Source of the DNA: an uncultured virus (IMG/VR IMGVR_UViG_3300032011_003340)
Lineage: Duplodnaviria; Heunggongvirae; Uroviricota; Caudoviricetes
DNA length: 61,829 bases
Virus record (IMG/VR): IMGVR_UViG_3300032011_003340
Reading direction: 5' to 3' (one strand)
In this document: positions 59,326 to 61,829 of the stretch, one piece after another
How the letters are laid out: each line of letters starts with the position of its first letter
How positions within the stretch are numbered: position 1 is the first letter of the stretch
Notes under the pieces: generated by a model
Told to the model about the DNA's origin: nothing
Databases searched by the model: none
What the model saw: the letters and a program-made list of their open reading frames with translations, nothing else
Position numbers and translations under genes: made by a program

Positions 59326-60374
59326 GTAATGCCACAGTTACATTAATTAATGTGTCTAAACCATATGAAAATATATTTATAAAAGAATTAAATATAAATG
59401 TATCATATGGTGGAGATTTTATTGTCACTAATAATTTTACTTTTGATCAAATATCTTCTGCAAACTCATTAGCAGATGCAATACAGAATGACAAGATATT
59501 AATTAAAATAAATGATAACTTACAGTCTAAAGCAGATTCTATACTATATGTAACTACGCCTGCTCCTCCAGGTTCTGGAGAAGTAAATACAGCTAGTAAT
59601 GTTGGTGGTGGTGCTGGAGTCTTCAAGCAAAAGACAGGCGTTGATTTAGAATTTAGAAGTTTATCATCTGCAGATTTTGATATTACAGAAGGTACTGATG
59701 AAATAGAAATTCAAGCACAACCTCAACTTATAACAAATTACGCTAGTATAACACCTATTGCAGGAATGAAAGTTTTACTAGAAAATAGTGGAACTTTAAG
59801 AAGTACAGATGTAGCTAATTTTTTAGCTAGTACGCCAATGGTAGATGATGCTATAGCAAGAGATGCAGCTTACCCAAGTCCTACAAATAATTTTCAAGTA
59901 TTTAATAAAAGACAAGGATTAATAGAGACATATAATAGCGGATATGATTTGTGGATCAGTGTGGCAATGAACATATGTGTAGAAGATACTACTGTGCAAA
60001 CAGTTGCTGTACAAAAGGTAGTATTTATAACTACAACTGCTGCAACTATTGGCGGTGTTGAGTTTCCTGTTTTAAATTATATATCATCAACGGGAGAGAG
60101 AAATGTTACTCAAGGTGTTGTTACAAGAAGGGGTGCAGCAACAGGCAATCCAAATGAGACATATGTAGCAGTGCATCACTTTGGTATATACTATGTTGAC
60201 TATAGTGCTGCCATAACAATAGGTTATAATGTATATCCTAATACGGCAGGAGCAGGTGATGTTATTGGGGCAGCATTTGCTCAATCGGGTACAATAGGGC
60301 AAGCCATAGAGAATAGTGGTAGTAATCCTAGTTTTCCTAGCTCTGTATTAGTTAGTTTACAAAATAGAAGATAA
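59322..60374 (+). CDS. Tail fiber-like protein
   Basis: GEVNTASNVGGGAGVFKQKTGVDLEFRSL fiber motif. Confidence 0.65.
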   Translation: MSNATVTLINVSKPYENIFIKELNINVSYGGDFIVTNNFTFDQISSANSLADAIQNDKILIKINDNLQSKADSILYVTTPAPPGSGEVNTASNVGGGAGVFKQKTGVDLEFRSLSSADFDITEGTDEIEIQAQPQLITNYASITPIAGMKVLLENSGTLRSTDVANFLASTPMVDDAIARDAAYPSPTNNFQVFNKRQGLIETYNSGYDLWISVAMNICVEDTTVQTVAVQKVVFITTTAATIGGVEFPVLNYISSTGERNVTQGVVTRRGAATGNPNETYVAVHHFGIYYVDYSAAITIGYNVYPNTAGAGDVIGAAFAQSGTIGQAIENSGSNPSFPSSVLVSLQNRR

Positions 60375-60922
60375 TGAATTACAATAGCGAAAATTACTCT
60401 GTTCAGATTATTCCTCTTATAGAAGGAACTTATTTCTTAGGTGAAATGGTTACTAAGGATACAAATTATTATATAGCTAAAGACTATATTAATAATACCA
60501 ACATAGAAAGCTATGAAGATAGTTTAACTACTGACATATCTAATAGTATATTACAAGTAACTAAAAACCTTAGAATAGAGCAGATACAAAAAGAAGATGA
60601 TAAGAATCTTATTAACGTTTTTGAGTATCCATTAGATTCAGGTAATACTTTTAATATATCAAGAACTCAATTTAGCTACTATAATTCTATGATGATTTTC
60701 AAAGATAACTTTACATATCCTTTTGAGTTTTTAGGGAATAATGGGACGGTATTATTTTTTGAAAATTCAACAGACGTTACTAATTTTGTAGGATCAGCAC
60801 TTGTTAAACATCAAGAAGTATACAATAATAGATATTTAATATCTATAAACGCAATAAACGAAATAACAATTACAATAACATTAAAAGACGCAATTATAGC
60901 GGTCATGAGTATTGAATATTAA
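60374..60922 (+). CDS. Putative tail fiber assembly protein (DUF4376-like)
   Basis: Directly downstream of fiber gene; weak motif resemblance. Confidence 0.4.
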   Translation: MNYNSENYSVQIIPLIEGTYFLGEMVTKDTNYYIAKDYINNTNIESYEDSLTTDISNSILQVTKNLRIEQIQKEDDKNLINVFEYPLDSGNTFNISRTQFSYYNSMMIFKDNFTYPFEFLGNNGTVLFFENSTDVTNFVGSALVKHQEVYNNRYLISINAINEITITITLKDAIIAVMSIEY

Positions 60923-60957
60923 ATAATATTTAAAAATATAAAAAACTAAACATATTA

Positions 60958-61260
60958 ATGGATTTTACATTATTAATGCAGCGTTTTGCCGAGCAATCTC
61001 CCTTAATTATCGGCTGTGGTTTAGCAATTTGGCAACTTCTTAAAATGTATAAAGAAGAAAAAGCTTTATTAAGAATAGAGAGGCAAGAGTGTCAAAAAGA
61101 AATTAAAGGGCTTATTGAACGTCATACAGTAGAATTAAGGGAACTTAATAAATACACAAGAGAGCGTGACTTAGAAACCCAGGAAAGTTTAAATGGAGCT
61201 GTTGTTGCAATAGAATCTATACACCAGCTTATTAATAATAAATTTAGATTATTAGACTAA
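60958..61260 (+). CDS. Holin-like membrane protein (1 TM plus coiled coil)
   Basis: N-terminal hydrophobic helix, coiled coil. Confidence 0.45.
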   Translation: MDFTLLMQRFAEQSPLIIGCGLAIWQLLKMYKEEKALLRIERQECQKEIKGLIERHTVELRELNKYTRERDLETQESLNGAVVAIESIHQLINNKFRLLD

Positions 61261-61471
61261 AATTTAATATTATGTTAAAACAAGAAGTAGATCACAATAA
61301 AATTCTTGAAGAATTTATTGAAAAACAGAAGAAAAGAATTAAAAAACTTAAGGACAAGTGTAATAAAAATAAATAAATATTTGAAAATAAATAATTACTA
61401 AAATTGAAGATTAAAAATAGTAATAATTTAAATGAAAATATTTAGTTAGTTAGTTATAATTTTATTTTCAC

Positions 61472-61497
61472 AGCCTCTAGTAAAATAGAGGCTTTTT
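61472..61497 (+). terminator. Rho-independent terminator
   Basis: AGCCTCTA-gtaaaa-TAGAGGCT followed by TTTT. Confidence 0.7.
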
Positions 61498-61566
61498 CAT
61501 TTATTATGACCGTTTAGTTAATAATTATGAGTATATTACAACATTATTAACTAACTAATTAACTAT

Positions 61567-61829
61567 ATGAAAAATTTTTGTGATTCTCCTAAAACTAATA
61601 AATTAAGAAATAAAATTAATAAAACGTTTTCAGGGTTATCTTTTGATGAAGAAACACATACTTATACATTAAACGGAAAACAATTAATTAGCACAACAAC
61701 TTATTTAAAACGTTTTTCAGAAGCTTTTAATTCATACCATGCATCAGAAGCCAAAGGTAGAAAAAAGTTAAAAGAAAATGCAAATGATAAACGTACAGGA
61801 CTATATTATAGACAACGTTGGAAATTAAT
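61567..61829 (+). CDS. PD-(D/E)XK exonuclease-like protein, truncated by the window edge
   Basis: LSFDEETHTYTLNGKQLISTTTYLKRF is the typical N-terminus of phage PD-(D/E)XK nucleases. Confidence 0.6.
   Translation, partial: MKNFCDSPKTNKLRNKINKTFSGLSFDEETHTYTLNGKQLISTTTYLKRFSEAFNSYHASEAKGRKKLKENANDKRTGLYYRQRWKL

Noticed and set aside
39091..60302. Short minus-strand ORFs within the structural module (39091, 41139, 43237, 47482, 53157, 55665, 57878, 60087 and others)
   Set aside because: Antisense to well-supported genes and without motifs.

Overview
AT-rich segment of a large tailed phage genome whose structural module resembles crAss-like (Crassvirales-type) phages. The host is probably an environmental Bacteroidota, judged from a T9SS C-terminal sorting domain, a Bacteroidota-type ClpS and TAnnTTTG promoters. 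The window has two divergent arms meeting at an AT-rich junction (~31.1-31.5 kb). The left arm (1-31 kb, minus strand) is an accessory/early region with dozens of small ORFs, host-like genes (ClpS, FISUMP domain, GH73 hydrolase, T9SS cargo, LRR), three tRNAs (Leu, Gln, Glu) and many structured non-coding elements. The right arm (31.5-61.8 kb, plus strand) carries lysis genes, terminase, portal, a phage GroEL, probable scaffold, major capsid, structural and tail genes. The most notable signals are four. (1) An integron attC-like cassette array at 9.3-10.35 kb in which small ORFs sit INSIDE the attC-like hairpins while the cassette bodies are nearly empty. (2) A TerD-like (possibly Ro60/TROVE-like) protein preceded by three related stem-loop RNAs and a tRNA-like RNA. 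(3) A type II hammerhead ribozyme with its pseudoknot. (4) Several tRNA-like RNAs with no anticodon arm. All calls come from reading the sequence by eye; no searches or folding programs were run.
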